In this document: positions 9,381 through 19,229 of the stretch, one piece after another | How the letters are laid out: every line of letters starts with the position of its first letter | Numbering within the stretch: the stretch's first letter is position 1 | Assembly (NCBI GenBank): GCA_965221125.1 | Contig: CBDCRW010000006.1 | Coordinates: 832,001 to 896,000, forward strand | Origin: Alphaproteobacteria bacterium | GTDB lineage: Bacteria > Pseudomonadota > Alphaproteobacteria > UBA828 | Reading direction: 5' to 3' | DNA: 64,000 bases | Notes under the pieces: model-generated | What the model was told of the DNA's origin: nothing | The model's database searches: none | Seen by the model: the letters and a program-made list of their open reading frames with translations, nothing else | Program-made: the position numbers and the translations under genes

Positions 9381-10144
9381 TCGATCGCCTTGAATATCCG
9401 CTCGCCGCGCGTTGCGTCCGGCCAGTTCCAGACCTCGCCGATACCGACCCCGTCTGCCAGCGAGTGGAAGATGAACTCGGCCCGGCCGACGAGGTTTTCC
9501 GACGGGATGAACCCGACCGACGGCACGCGGCTGTCGAGCGAGTTGTCGCGGTTGTCGCCCATGGCGAAGTAGTGATCGGGGGGCACGGTGTAGATCTGCG
9601 TGTTGTCGAGGCTGCCTGTGGGCGTTGCGTCGAGGGTCATGTAGGTCACGCCATTGGGCAGCGTCTCGCGGTACTGGCGCAGCACCCGCTCGCGCCCGTA
9701 GCGGTCCTTGTAGCTGTAGTCGTCGATGCGCTCGCGCTCGACCGGCGTGCCGTTGATGTGGAGGAGGCCCTTGAGGACCTGGATGCGATCGCCCGGCAGA
9801 CCCACGATGCGCTTGATGTAGTCGGTCTCGTTGTCGCGCGGCAGCTTGAAGACGGCGACGTCGCCGCGCTCGGGCGGGCTGTCGATGATGCGGCCGTCGA
9901 ACAGGTCGATGCTCCACGGCAGCGAGTACTTGCTGTAGCCGTAGGCATACTTGGACACGAACAGGTAGTCGCCGACGAGCAGCGTCGGGATCATCGAGCC
10001 GGACGGGATGTTGAAGGGCTCGATGGCGACGGTGCGCACGACCAGCGCGGCGATCACCGCATAGATCAGGGTCCGGACCGTGTCCCACAGGCCGCTCGAC
10101 TTCTTCTTGGCCGAGCCCTTGTCTTCAGTCTTGGCGCGCCACAT
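9377..10144 (-). CDS. lepB: Signal peptidase I
   Basis: PFNIPSGSMIPTLLVGD, DYIKRIVGLPGD and MGDNRDNSLDSR. Confidence 0.97.
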   Translation of the reverse strand: MWRAKTEDKGSAKKKSSGLWDTVRTLIYAVIAALVVRTVAIEPFNIPSGSMIPTLLVGDYLFVSKYAYGYSKYSLPWSIDLFDGRIIDSPPERGDVAVFKLPRDNETDYIKRIVGLPGDRIQVLKGLLHINGTPVERERIDDYSYKDRYGRERVLRQYRETLPNGVTYMTLDATPTGSLDNTQIYTVPPDHYFAMGDNRDNSLDSRVPSVGFIPSENLVGRAEFIFHSLADGVGIGEVWNWPDATRGERIFKAID

Positions 10145-10204
10145 GTACGGTCGGTTCGGTTCCAGCCGGTCGCGGCCCAGGTCGTTTGCCGACCCTTATT
10201 GCCG

Positions 10205-10609
10205 TCAGTCGGTCGCGGGGATTGCCGTGATCACCACGATGGCCTGCGCGATGGGCGGCTCATCGGTCAACGTCACGTCGATGCGGCACCTCATGCCCGA
10301 AGGCGTGAGCGATTGCAAGCGTTTGAGCGCGCCGCCGGAGAGCTCGATGGTCGGCTGGCCCGAGGGAAGATTGACCACCGCCATGTCGCGCCAGAAGACG
10401 CCGCCCCGCAAACCCGTGCCGAGCGCCTTCGCGCAGGCTTCCTTGGCGGCGAAGCGCCGCGCGTAGGTTTCTTCGGGCCGCAGGCGGCGCTCGGCGCGCG
10501 CGCGCTCGACTGCGGTGAAGACGCGGTGGGTGAAGCGCGACCCGAAGCGGTCGAGCGTCGCCGCGATCCGCCTGATGTCGACGATATCGGCGCCGAGGCC
10601 CACGATCAT
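10205..10609 (-). CDS. acpS: Holo-ACP synthase
   Basis: [32 protein letters not shown] and SGQP; upstream of lepB. Confidence 0.95.
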   Translation of the reverse strand: MIVGLGADIVDIRRIAATLDRFGSRFTHRVFTAVERARAERRLRPEETYARRFAAKEACAKALGTGLRGGVFWRDMAVVNLPSGQPTIELSGGALKRLQSLTPSGMRCRIDVTLTDEPPIAQAIVVITAIPATD

Positions 10610-10697
10610 CGGCCACCCCTGCGGCTCGATTGCCACGCTCATGGCGCCGGCACGCGGGCCGTTCCGGGCCGCCGCTCGCGCCACCCTAAGCGTGCCA

Positions 10698-11369
10698 TCA
10701 GCGGCCGCGGTCCACCATCACCTGGTCGAGGTGGGTCACGTTCGCGGCGACCGGCTCGGCGTCGTCGGGGATGGAGATGTCGTCCTCCGCATCCTGCGCC
10801 TGCCCCTCCCTGGCGCGGCGCTCCTCGTCCAGCACGCGGCGCCGCCGCAGGCGCCTGGCCTGGCGGTGGTGCTGGTAGTTGCCCACCACCCGGCGGATCG
10901 GGAAGAAGAACAGGAGCCAGACGATCACCCCGGTCGGCAGGCCGCCCACCAGCATGGGCAGGAGCACCGTCCCCGGCTGCTCGAAAATGGCGCCGAAGGT
11001 GAGCTCCGCGGGCAGCTCCTGCCCGCGCTCGTAGCCGAGGATCCAGGTTCCGATCCACATGATGCCGGCCCAGATGAAGGGGAAGGTCCACGGATTGCCG
11101 ACCGCCGTGCCGATGGCGGACGCGATGATGTTGCCGCGCATCGCCCAGGCGAGCACCGCAGCGAGGATGAAGTGGAAGCCGATGAAGGGCGTGAACGAGA
11201 CCGACGCGCCGCAGGCGAAGCCGCAGGCGATGGCATAGGGCGAGCCCTGCAGCCGCTTGAGCTTGAAGGTCCAGTATCTGAGGATCCGGCCCCAGCCCAT
11301 GCGGGGCCACACGAACCGCCTCAGCCGAGACCATCGGCTCAGCTTCTCGCGTCGGCGAAACAGGCTCAT
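10698..11369 (-). CDS. DUF2062 family membrane protein
   Basis: FVWPRMGW.R...Y...L.RL.GSPYAIA.GFA.G...SFTPF.GFH and GNP.TFPFIW; usual position upstream of acpS in alphaproteobacteria. Confidence 0.85.
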   Translation of the reverse strand: MSLFRRREKLSRWSRLRRFVWPRMGWGRILRYWTFKLKRLQGSPYAIACGFACGASVSFTPFIGFHFILAAVLAWAMRGNIIASAIGTAVGNPWTFPFIWAGIMWIGTWILGYERGQELPAELTFGAIFEQPGTVLLPMLVGGLPTGVIVWLLFFFPIRRVVGNYQHHRQARRLRRRRVLDEERRAREGQAQDAEDDISIPDDAEPVAANVTHLDQVMVDRGR

Positions 11370-11607
11370 GGCGAGGCGCGCGTCAGCCCGCGTTCGGCAG
11401 GAGTCTCCGCTCCGGCCGCGCGCGCGGCGCAAAGCCGCGAGTCGCCGACAAACTCATCGCATCCCCCCCAACTGTGCGCCAGTCCTTCTTGTTTTTGCTC
11501 TCCAATCCCGAGAGTTAGCCCAAGAGACGGCGGTCGCGCAAGGTTTGCGGCGCCGCTCTGCCCGGTGCGCAAGTCGACGCCGGGGGAGATTGCCGGTCGA
11601 GCACGTG

Positions 11608-11671
11608 TTGCATTTAGTGGGTAATACTGTATATTGAGCTTCCAGGGCGAAACACGTCAAGATTTTGAATC
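11608..11671 (+). promoter_or_regulatory. Putative sigma70 promoter of gcrA with a downstream GANTC site
   Basis: AT-rich island with TTGCAT (11608-11613), 16-nt spacer, TATATT (11630-11635); GAATC (CcrM-type GANTC) at 11667-11671; GGAGG RBS before the ATG at 11705. Confidence 0.5.
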
Positions 11672-11704
11672 GGTGTGTGCCCTGCACCGGATGGAGGATC
11701 GGTC

Positions 11705-12139
11705 ATGACAGCCTGGACACCGGAGAGGATCGAAACCGTAACCCGGCTGTGGAACGAGGGGCTGACGACCGCCGAGATCGGACGTGCGGTCGGCATGTCG
11801 AAGAATGCCGTCGTCGGCAAGGCGCACAGGCTTCAGCTCCCGCCGCGTCCGTCGCCGATCAGGCGCGGGTCGAGCACGCCCAGCGTGGCGCGGGCGCCGA
11901 GCCGGTCGAACGGGCGGCACTCCGCGAAGGAGACGAATGGGGTCGTGGTTCGGGTCAAGCCGAGAGCGCCGCAGCCGCCGCTTGCCGTCGGCAACGCAGC
12001 GTGCAAGTGGCCCATCGGCCACCCGGACGAGCCCGGCTTCCATTTCTGCGGCGCGCGCGCGCTGCTCGGCAAGCCCTACTGCCCGGAGCACTACAGCAAG
12101 GCCTACGTGGCCGTCAGGCCGCGCTCCGACGCCGCCTGA
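11705..12139 (+). CDS. gcrA: GcrA cell-cycle regulator
   Basis: WT.ERIE...RLWNEGLTTAEIG...GMSKNAVVGKAHRL and C-terminal CKWPIGHP....FHFCG.....GKPYC.EH...AY. Confidence 0.93.
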   Translation: MTAWTPERIETVTRLWNEGLTTAEIGRAVGMSKNAVVGKAHRLQLPPRPSPIRRGSSTPSVARAPSRSNGRHSAKETNGVVVRVKPRAPQPPLAVGNAACKWPIGHPDEPGFHFCGARALLGKPYCPEHYSKAYVAVRPRSDAA

Positions 12140-12172
12140 TCCGCGTGCGGAAGGCGCCCGACGCCGGTGGCG

Positions 12173-12529
12173 CTAGGACGTCGCCGGCTCGTCGGAGTCG
12201 GTTGCGGCGGCGAGCCGCTCGATCTCGGCGTCCATGCGGCCCTGCCACATCAGCGCCCACATGTGAAAGTCGCCGGCCAGGCTGAACAGCGGGTAGGTGA
12301 AGGTCGCCGGCCGGTTGCGCTCGATCAGCAGGTGGCTGAGCCAGGCGAAGAAGTAGCCGCAGACCAGCGCCGCAATAAGCAGCAGCGGCTCGCCCATGAC
12401 ACCGGCGACCACGACCAGGGCAACCGCGCCTGTCGTGCCGACGAAGTGCATCCGCCGGGTCCACGCGCGGCTGTGCTCGGTGACGTAGTAGGGCCAGAAG
12501 GCCCGGTACCCACGAATTCGCTTGGTCAT
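12173..12529 (-). CDS. DUF962 (Mpo1-like) membrane protein
   Basis: FWPYY..EHS....RRMHFVGT, GYFFAW.SH...E.NRPATF.YPL.SL.GDF.M. Confidence 0.88.
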   Translation of the reverse strand: MTKRIRGYRAFWPYYVTEHSRAWTRRMHFVGTTGAVALVVVAGVMGEPLLLIAALVCGYFFAWLSHLLIERNRPATFTYPLFSLAGDFHMWALMWQGRMDAEIERLAAATDSDEPATS

Positions 12530-12720
12530 TGATGCTGCTCCGACGTGACACCGGCCGCTCCGACGCGCCCCGCGAGGCCGTGGATGGCATCGGACGCGCC
12601 GGGCGTCATCCTTCTCGCCTCCAGCGCTTCGTTGCGTTTTCGGGCGATGTTTGTGATTCTACACCATAGTTCCTGGTTCTCGACCACGCGGTGGACCCCC
12701 GCGAGAGGGAGGCTGCGCCC

Positions 12721-13278
12721 ATGCCGGCAATGACGACACCCATCTGCGACTTCGGCTGGAAGGCCGTCGACTTCCGCCTGGAAGGGACCGACGGCAAGAC
12801 CTACGCGCTGGCGGACTGCGCCGGGGAGCGCGGCACGCTGGTGATGTTCCTTTGCAACCACTGCCCCTTCGTGAAGGCGATCATCGACCGGATCGTCGAC
12901 GACGTGAACGCGCTCAAGAGCCGTGGTATCGGCGCGGTCGCGATCATGCCGAACGACACCGACGCCTATCCCGCCGATTCCTTCGACAACATGAAGCGGT
13001 TCGCGGCCGAGCACGGGTTCGGCTTCCCCTACCTGATCGACCGGACCCAGGAGATCGCACGGGCCTACGACACCGTGTGCACGCCGGATTTCTATGGCTT
13101 CGACAGCGGCCTCGGCCTGCAGTACCGGGGCCGGCTCGACGCCTCGCGCATGGAGCCGGTGCCCGACGCGCGCCGCGAGCTCCTCGAAGCGATGATCCAG
13201 GTTGCCGAGAGCGGGCACGGGCCCGCGCAGCAGCAGCCCTCCATGGGGTGTTCGATCAAGTGGCGCGAGGCCGCCTGA
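12721..13278 (+). CDS. Thioredoxin/AhpC-TSA family protein
   Basis: LVMFLCNHCPFV, YPADSF.NM, A..YD.VCTPDF, YRGRLD and PSMGCSIKW. Confidence 0.9.
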   Translation: MPAMTTPICDFGWKAVDFRLEGTDGKTYALADCAGERGTLVMFLCNHCPFVKAIIDRIVDDVNALKSRGIGAVAIMPNDTDAYPADSFDNMKRFAAEHGFGFPYLIDRTQEIARAYDTVCTPDFYGFDSGLGLQYRGRLDASRMEPVPDARRELLEAMIQVAESGHGPAQQQPSMGCSIKWREAA

Positions 13279-13335
13279 GCCCGCGTCCCGCGGCGCGCGG
13301 GACGGCACGGCAGCGGCGTTGACGGAGGCGCGAGC

Positions 13336-14067
13336 GTGGCGGATATCTTCCGAGAGGTCGACGAGGACCTTCGGCATGAACGCTATCTCAAGCTGTGGCG
13401 GCGCTGGCGCTACTGGCTGCTCGGCGTGGGCGTGGCCGCGCTCGGCGCTGCGGTCGCCTACGTGATGCTCGCCGACGCCCAGGAGAGCGCGCGCAAGGCG
13501 GAGGGCCAGCAGTTCGCGGCCGCGATGGCGGAAATCCAGGCCGGCCGCGGCGCCGAGGCGGCGGACCGGCTCGCCATGCTCGCGGCCGATGCGGAGACGG
13601 GCTACGCGGCGCTTGCCCGGCTCGGCGAGGCCGATGCGCGCGCACGGCGCGGCGACATCACCGGCGCCGTTCAGATCTACGATCTCCTGGCGGGCGACAG
13701 CAGCATCGATCCGCTCTATCGCGACCTGGGCGCCCTGCTCGCGGCGCAGCGGCTGGTCGACCGCGCGAACGTCTCGGAGGTCAACCAGCGCCTCGCCCCC
13801 CTGCTGGCGGGCCATTCGCCGTGGCGGCCGCTCGCGACGGAACTTTCCGCCATCGCGGAGATGCGCGCCGGCAACACGGAGGCGTCGCGGGCGCTATTTG
13901 CTGAGCTCGTCAGCGATCCGGCCGCGCCGCTCGGCCAGCGCCAGCGGGCGGCGGAGCTGCTGGTGAGCCTCGGCGGCGACCTGGAGTCGGCGCTCGCGGG
14001 CGGCAGCGCGTCCCCCGACTGGGAGGACGACGATGCGGCCGGCTCGTCCGGAGAGGGGGCGGAATGA
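13336..14067 (+). CDS. YfgM-like TPR membrane protein (DUF2133 type)
   Basis: MADIFREVDEDLR.ER...LWRRW, one TM helix and a helical domain; conserved position before bamB-der. Confidence 0.85.
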   Translation: MADIFREVDEDLRHERYLKLWRRWRYWLLGVGVAALGAAVAYVMLADAQESARKAEGQQFAAAMAEIQAGRGAEAADRLAMLAADAETGYAALARLGEADARARRGDITGAVQIYDLLAGDSSIDPLYRDLGALLAAQRLVDRANVSEVNQRLAPLLAGHSPWRPLATELSAIAEMRAGNTEASRALFAELVSDPAAPLGQRQRAAELLVSLGGDLESALAGGSASPDWEDDDAAGSSGEGAE

Positions 14068-15419
14068 GGCGCATGGTGCCGAGGGGGATCGCGCGGGGCT
14101 CCGCCCTGCTTGGCCTTTGTCTCGTCGTCGGCCTCGGCGGCTGCGAAACGGTCTCGGACATCTTCGGTGATTCGGACGAAGAGCGGCTCTCCGGCCAGCG
14201 GCTCTCGGTGATCTCCCTCGAGCGCCAGCTCGAGCCGGATCCCGGCAGCGACCTGCTGACGGTGCGCCTGCCGCCGCCCTACGTGAACGAGGACTGGCCC
14301 CAGCCGGGCGGCTATCCCCACCATGCCATGCACCACCTCGCCGCGGACGACGTCCTGTCGGTGGCCTGGCGGGTCCGCATCGGCCAAGGCGCCGGCGCGG
14401 AGGAGCCCGTCCTGTCCCCGCCCGTGGTCGCCGGCGGGCGTATCTACACCATGGATTCGAGGAGCCTGGTCTCGGCCTTCGACGCGTCCACCGGCGCTCG
14501 GTTGTGGACCGCCGACACGCTGCCCGAAGAGGATGACGAGGGCGCCTTCGGCGGCGGCCTCGCCGTGGCGGGCGGGTGGCTGTTCGCGACCACGGGGCTC
14601 GGCCACGTGCTCGCACTGGACGCCGAGAGCGGAGCCCTGCAGTGGCGCCAGCCGCTCGGCGTGCCCGTTCGTGCGGCGCCTTCTGTCTCCGGCGGCCGGG
14701 TCTTCGCCATCAGTCACGACAACCGGCTCTGGGCCCTGGATGCCGGGAGCGGCGCCGTGCAGTGGAGCCATGCGGCGATCGAGGAGAGCGCCGGCTTCCT
14801 CGGCGGGGCGAGCCCGGCCGTGGATGGCGGCATCGTCGTCGCCCCCTTCTCGTCTGGCGAGCTGACGGCCCATCGGGTCGAGAACGGACGCGCCGTCTGG
14901 TCCGACATCCTCGGCGTCCAGGGTGCGCGCATCGGCGCCATCGCCACCTTCAACGATCAGGACGGGCATCCTGTCTCCGACCGCGGCACCGTCTTCGCCA
15001 TCGGCCACGGCGGGCGCATGGTCGCCATCGATGCGCGAAGCGGGCGCCGGGTGTGGGAGCGCGACATCGCCGGTCTCGACATGCCCTGGGTCGCCGGCGA
15101 CTTCGTCTTCGTGATGACCGCGGATGGCGAGCTCGTCTGCATGAGCCGGGAGCGCGGCGCCATTCTCTGGGTCCGGTCGCTGCCGCGCTTCGAGGATCCG
15201 GAGGAGCGCGAGGACCCGATATTCTGGACCGGCCCGACCCTGGTCGGCGACCGGCTGATCGCCGCGGGCTCGGACGGCAGCGTGCTCTCGATCTCGCCCT
15301 ACGACGGCCGCTACCTGGGGGCGTACAACGCGGGTGGGGCGGTCCGCCTGATGCCCGTGGTCGCCGATCGGACGCTCTACATCCTGACCGACGACGCGGA
15401 TCTGATCGCGCTCCGCTAA
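14064..15419 (+). CDS. PQQ-like beta-propeller lipoprotein (BamB-like)
   Basis: Lipobox LGGC and repeated A.DA..G...W propeller motifs; sits between the yfgM-like gene and der. Confidence 0.85.
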   Translation: MRRMVPRGIARGSALLGLCLVVGLGGCETVSDIFGDSDEERLSGQRLSVISLERQLEPDPGSDLLTVRLPPPYVNEDWPQPGGYPHHAMHHLAADDVLSVAWRVRIGQGAGAEEPVLSPPVVAGGRIYTMDSRSLVSAFDASTGARLWTADTLPEEDDEGAFGGGLAVAGGWLFATTGLGHVLALDAESGALQWRQPLGVPVRAAPSVSGGRVFAISHDNRLWALDAGSGAVQWSHAAIEESAGFLGGASPAVDGGIVVAPFSSGELTAHRVENGRAVWSDILGVQGARIGAIATFNDQDGHPVSDRGTVFAIGHGGRMVAIDARSGRRVWERDIAGLDMPWVAGDFVFVMTADGELVCMSRERGAILWVRSLPRFEDPEEREDPIFWTGPTLVGDRLIAAGSDGSVLSISPYDGRYLGAYNAGGAVRLMPVVADRTLYILTDDADLIALR

Positions 15420-15428
15420 CCCCCGCCC

Positions 15429-16769
15429 GTGGCCTTCACCGTCGCCATCGTGGGCCGCCCCAACGTCGGCAAGTCGACGCTGTTCAATCGTCTGGTCGGC
15501 CGGCGCGCGGCGCTCGTCGCACCCACGCCCGGAGTCACGCGGGACCGCCGCGAGGGCTGGGCCAGGATCGGCCCCCTCCGCTTCCGCGCCATCGACACCG
15601 CCGGGCTTGAGGAAGCCGCGCCGGAGACGCTTGCCGGCCGCATGATGGCGCAGACGGAGCGGGCCCTGGAGGAGGCTGACGCCGCGCTTCTTCTGATCGA
15701 TGGCCGGGCGGGGGTGACGCCGGCCGACGCGTTCTTCGCGAACCAGCTCCGGCGGCTGCACGTGCCCATCGTTCTCGCGGTCAACAAGTGCGAAGGCGAC
15801 GCCGGCGAGGGCGGGATCGCCGAGAGCCACGCCCTCGGGCTGGGGCAGCCCATCCCGATCTCGGCGGAGCACGGCGAGGGCCTCGCGGACCTCTACGATG
15901 CGCTGAGCCCCTTCGATTCCGAGGCGGCAGAGGGTGCCGCCGCAGCGCCCGGCGCAGACGACGTGGTCCGGCTCGCCATCGTCGGCCGCCCCAACGTCGG
16001 CAAGTCCACCCTGCTCAACCGGCTGGTGGGCGAGGCGCGCGTGATCACCGGCGCGGAGCCGGGCCTCACGCGGGATTCCATCGCGGTGCGCTGGTCTTAC
16101 GAGGGCCAGGCGGTCGAGCTGGTGGATACGGCGGGGCTGCGGCGGCGGGCCAGGACCGTGGCGACGCTCGACCGGCTCTCGTCGCGGGATGCCGAGCGCG
16201 CCCTCGGCCAGGCGGCGGTGGTGCTCGTCGTCTTCGACGCGACCGATCCCGCCAGCCGCCAGGACATGACGATCGCCGCCCGCGTGGCCGAGGAAGGCCG
16301 GGCGCTGGTCATCCTGCTCAACAAGTGGGACCTGGTGCGGGACCGCGCCGCCGCCCGCGCCGCCGTGGAAGATCGGCTGGAGGCGGCACTCGCCCAGGTG
16401 AAGGGGGTCCCGCTGGTGACGTGCTCGGCGCTCACCGGCGCCGGTGCCGAGAAAATCATGCCGGCGGTGCTTGCCGCCTTCAGCACCTGGAACCGCCGCA
16501 TCCCGACAGCAGCGCTCAACCGCTGGTTGGAGGGCGCGGCCCGGCATCACCCGCCGCCGCTCGTGGCCGGGCGCCGGCTCAAGCTCCGCTACATCACCCA
16601 GGTCAAGGCGCGCCCGCCCACCTTCGCCCTCTTCGCCAGCAAGCCGCAGGCCTTGCCCGAGAGCTATCGCCGCTATCTGGTGAACGGGATCGGCGCCGAG
16701 TTCGGCCTCGCCGGCGTGCCGATCCGCCTGCTGCTGCGCGCGGGCAAGAACCCCTACGCACCAGGGTAG
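15429..16769 (+). CDS. der: Ribosome biogenesis GTPase Der (EngA)
   Basis: Two GRPNVGKSTL G-domains, PGVTRD, DTAG, NKWD and C-terminal RPPTF/NPY. Confidence 0.97.
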   Translation: MAFTVAIVGRPNVGKSTLFNRLVGRRAALVAPTPGVTRDRREGWARIGPLRFRAIDTAGLEEAAPETLAGRMMAQTERALEEADAALLLIDGRAGVTPADAFFANQLRRLHVPIVLAVNKCEGDAGEGGIAESHALGLGQPIPISAEHGEGLADLYDALSPFDSEAAEGAAAAPGADDVVRLAIVGRPNVGKSTLLNRLVGEARVITGAEPGLTRDSIAVRWSYEGQAVELVDTAGLRRRARTVATLDRLSSRDAERALGQAAVVLVVFDATDPASRQDMTIAARVAEEGRALVILLNKWDLVRDRAAARAAVEDRLEAALAQVKGVPLVTCSALTGAGAEKIMPAVLAAFSTWNRRIPTAALNRWLEGAARHHPPPLVAGRRLKLRYITQVKARPPTFALFASKPQALPESYRRYLVNGIGAEFGLAGVPIRLLLRAGKNPYAPG

Positions 16770-16860
16770 GGTGGAACCCTCACCCAGGTCGCGCTATGCG
16801 CTGCCATACGAACGAGAGAGCGGATAGGCATATCGGGCGAGGCAGGGCCGGCGGAAAACA

Positions 16861-16917
16861 TGAAATTACAAAACGAAGCCAATTTCACGTAACGCATTGT
16901 TTCACAATAGCTCTTAC
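16861..16917. repeat. AT-rich double palindrome between convergent genes
   Basis: TGAAATT-ACAAAACGAAGCC-AATTTCA (16861-16887), then GTAA..ATTGT-TTC-ACAAT..TTAC (16889-16917). Confidence 0.5.
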
Positions 16918-16926
16918 CCGCCGCGC

Positions 16927-18459
16927 TCAGCCATCCGCCTCCAGCTCCTCGCGCAGCGCGCGCTTCAGTACCTTGCCGTAGTTGTTCTTGGGCAGGCCGG
17001 CGACGATGCGGTAGTCGCGCGGGCGCTTGAAGCGGGCGATGCTCTCCAGGCAGAGCCGGTCGAGCCGCTCGCCGGTGACGCTGTGGCCGTCGTGGGGCAC
17101 GACGAAGGCGACCACCTCCTCGCCCCATTCGGGGTGCGCACGCCCGACGACCGCCGCTTCCCGCACCGCCGCATCGCGCAGCAGGACCTCCTCGATCTCG
17201 CGCGGATAGATGTTGGTGCCGCCTGAGATGATCATGTCCTTGGCGCGGTCGAGCAGGGTAAGGAATCCGTCCTCGTCGAAGCGGCCGACGTCGCCGGTGT
17301 GCAGCCAGCCGCCCTTGAGCGCGCTCGCGGTGGCTTCCGGGTTCTCCCAGTAGCCGGGCATCACCACGTCGCCGCGCGCGACGATCTCGCCGCTCTCGCC
17401 CGCCGGCAGAGGCCGGTCGTCTTCGTCAACGACCCGCACCTCGACGTCGGTGCGCGCGACTCCGGCCGAGCCCAGGCGTTCGCGGAAGCGGGGCTGCGCG
17501 CTGTCGGCGTGATAGGCGCGGGACAGCGCGGTGATGGTCATCGGCGCCTCGCCCTGGCCGTAGATCTGGGCGAGCTTGGGGCCGAAGGCGGAAAGCGCGC
17601 GCTCCACGTCGGCGACGTACATCGGCCCGCCGCCATAGACGATGAGGTCGAGGTTCGTCGTGTCGGCGTTGGCGAGCTGCGGGCTGTCCAGCAGCCGCAC
17701 CACCATGGTGGGCGCCGCGAACATGCTGAGACCCGGGTGGCGCTCGATCAGGCTCAGCACCTCCGCCGGCTCGAAGCCGCCGCTCTCGGGGATCACGTTG
17801 TTGGCGCCCTTGGCGATGAACGGCAGCGCGTAGAGGCCGGAGCCGTGCGAGAGCGGGGCGGCGTGGAGCACGCTGTCGGCCGGTGCGACGCGGTTGATAT
17901 CCGCGAAATAGCTCAGCGTCATCACCAGCAGGTTGCGGTGCGTGATCGTGGCACCCTTGGGCCGGCCGGTGGTGCCGCTGGTGTAGAAGAGCCACGCAGG
18001 CGCGCCGGCGTCGACCGGGGCGGGGCCTGCCGCGTCGTGGCCGAGCATCGCACGCCACGCCGCGCTGCCCGCGACGAGCGGCGGCGCGAGCCCCGGTACG
18101 TCGGCGCGGACGCTCTCGATTCCCTCCGCGTGGCCCTCGTCGGCGATGCAGAGCGTGGCTCCCGAATTGCCCAGGATGTATTCGATCTCGCGCGGGTGCA
18201 GCTTGGCGTTGACGGGGACCGCGACGAGGCCCGCGTACCAGATGCCGAAGAGCGCCTCCAGATAGTCCGGCCGGTTCGCCATGACGATGGCCACCCGGTC
18301 GCCGGGTGCGAGCCCATGGCGGGCCAGGAGGGCGCCTGCGATCGCGCCGGCCCGCCGGTGCAGCTCGCCATAGCGCGCCGCGACGCGTTCGCCGAGCGAT
18401 ACCGCCGGCCGCTCCGGCAGGGTGTGTGCCGTCTTCGCCAGCAGGGCTGCGATGTTCAT
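16927..18459 (-). CDS. AMP-binding acyl-CoA ligase (long-chain-fatty-acid--CoA ligase family)
   Basis: [45 protein letters not shown] and LPKNNYGKV. Confidence 0.93.
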   Translation of the reverse strand: MNIAALLAKTAHTLPERPAVSLGERVAARYGELHRRAGAIAGALLARHGLAPGDRVAIVMANRPDYLEALFGIWYAGLVAVPVNAKLHPREIEYILGNSGATLCIADEGHAEGIESVRADVPGLAPPLVAGSAAWRAMLGHDAAGPAPVDAGAPAWLFYTSGTTGRPKGATITHRNLLVMTLSYFADINRVAPADSVLHAAPLSHGSGLYALPFIAKGANNVIPESGGFEPAEVLSLIERHPGLSMFAAPTMVVRLLDSPQLANADTTNLDLIVYGGGPMYVADVERALSAFGPKLAQIYGQGEAPMTITALSRAYHADSAQPRFRERLGSAGVARTDVEVRVVDEDDRPLPAGESGEIVARGDVVMPGYWENPEATASALKGGWLHTGDVGRFDEDGFLTLLDRAKDMIISGGTNIYPREIEEVLLRDAAVREAAVVGRAHPEWGEEVVAFVVPHDGHSVTGERLDRLCLESIARFKRPRDYRIVAGLPKNNYGKVLKRALREELEADG

Positions 18460-18631
18460 GCCTGCGCCTCGTTTAGCCGCAATCCTTCCGTCGGCCATCC
18501 TATACCGGCAGCGTCAACGCTATGCCACCGGCGACCGGCCGTTTGAGGGTCGCGGCACAAACGCTTTGTCCGCCGTAGCGGTCGCGGTTATTCTCTCGGC
18601 CAAGCGTGAGCAACGGGTCGGGGGAGTCCGC

Positions 18632-19105
18632 GTGGCCCAGGCGCAAGTCGGCATGACCGTGAACGGCGAGCAGGTGGCGCGCGAGGTCTCCACCCGCACT
18701 CTGCTCGTCGAGTTTCTGCGCTACGACCTCGGCCTCACCGGCACCCATGTCGGCTGCGACACCAGCCAGTGCGGGGCGTGCAACGTGCACGTCGACGGCC
18801 AGTGCGTGAAGGCCTGCACGATGCTCGCGGTCCAGGCGGACGGCGCGGAGGTGCTGACCATCGAGGGCGTGGCCGACGGCGACACGCTCCATCCCATGCA
18901 GGCGGCGTTCAAGGAGCACCATGCGCTGCAGTGCGGCTTCTGCACGCCCGGCATGGTGATGTGCGCGCTCGACCTGGTGAAACGGAACGGCAAGCCGAGC
19001 GAGGCGGAAATTCGCTCCTATCTGGAGGGCAATTTCTGCCGCTGCACCGGCTACCACAATATCGTGAAGGCCATCGCTGCGGGCGCCGAAGCGATGGCAG
19101 GCTAG
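18632..19105 (+). CDS. (2Fe-2S)-binding protein, CoxS/CutS small-subunit family
   Basis: [29 protein letters not shown] and [11 protein letters not shown]; GTG start after GGGGAG. Confidence 0.93.
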   Translation: MAQAQVGMTVNGEQVAREVSTRTLLVEFLRYDLGLTGTHVGCDTSQCGACNVHVDGQCVKACTMLAVQADGAEVLTIEGVADGDTLHPMQAAFKEHHALQCGFCTPGMVMCALDLVKRNGKPSEAEIRSYLEGNFCRCTGYHNIVKAIAAGAEAMAG

Positions 19106-19123
19106 GCGGTTGGTGAATGAGTC

Positions 19124-19142
19124 GTATGACCGCCTGTCATAC
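19124..19142. promoter_or_regulatory. Perfect inverted repeat upstream of the aor operon (candidate regulator site)
   Basis: GTATGAC-CGCCT-GTCATAC. Confidence 0.45.
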
Positions 19143-19229
19143 CAAGGCGCAGATTGCCCGATGCAAGGCGGGCGACAAGTGGTGTAGAGTCGTTGTGAGC
19201 GCCGGACTGGCGTGAAGGGGGTTACGAAC

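Noticed and set aside
18632-19105. Aerobic CO dehydrogenase
   Set aside because: Only a CoxS-like subunit is present; there is no coxL or coxM, so CO oxidation cannot be inferred.
19140-19229. Sigma54 promoter for the aor operon
   Set aside because: The GG...TTGC candidate (AAGGCGCAGATTGC) has 8 nt between GG and GC, not the required 10.
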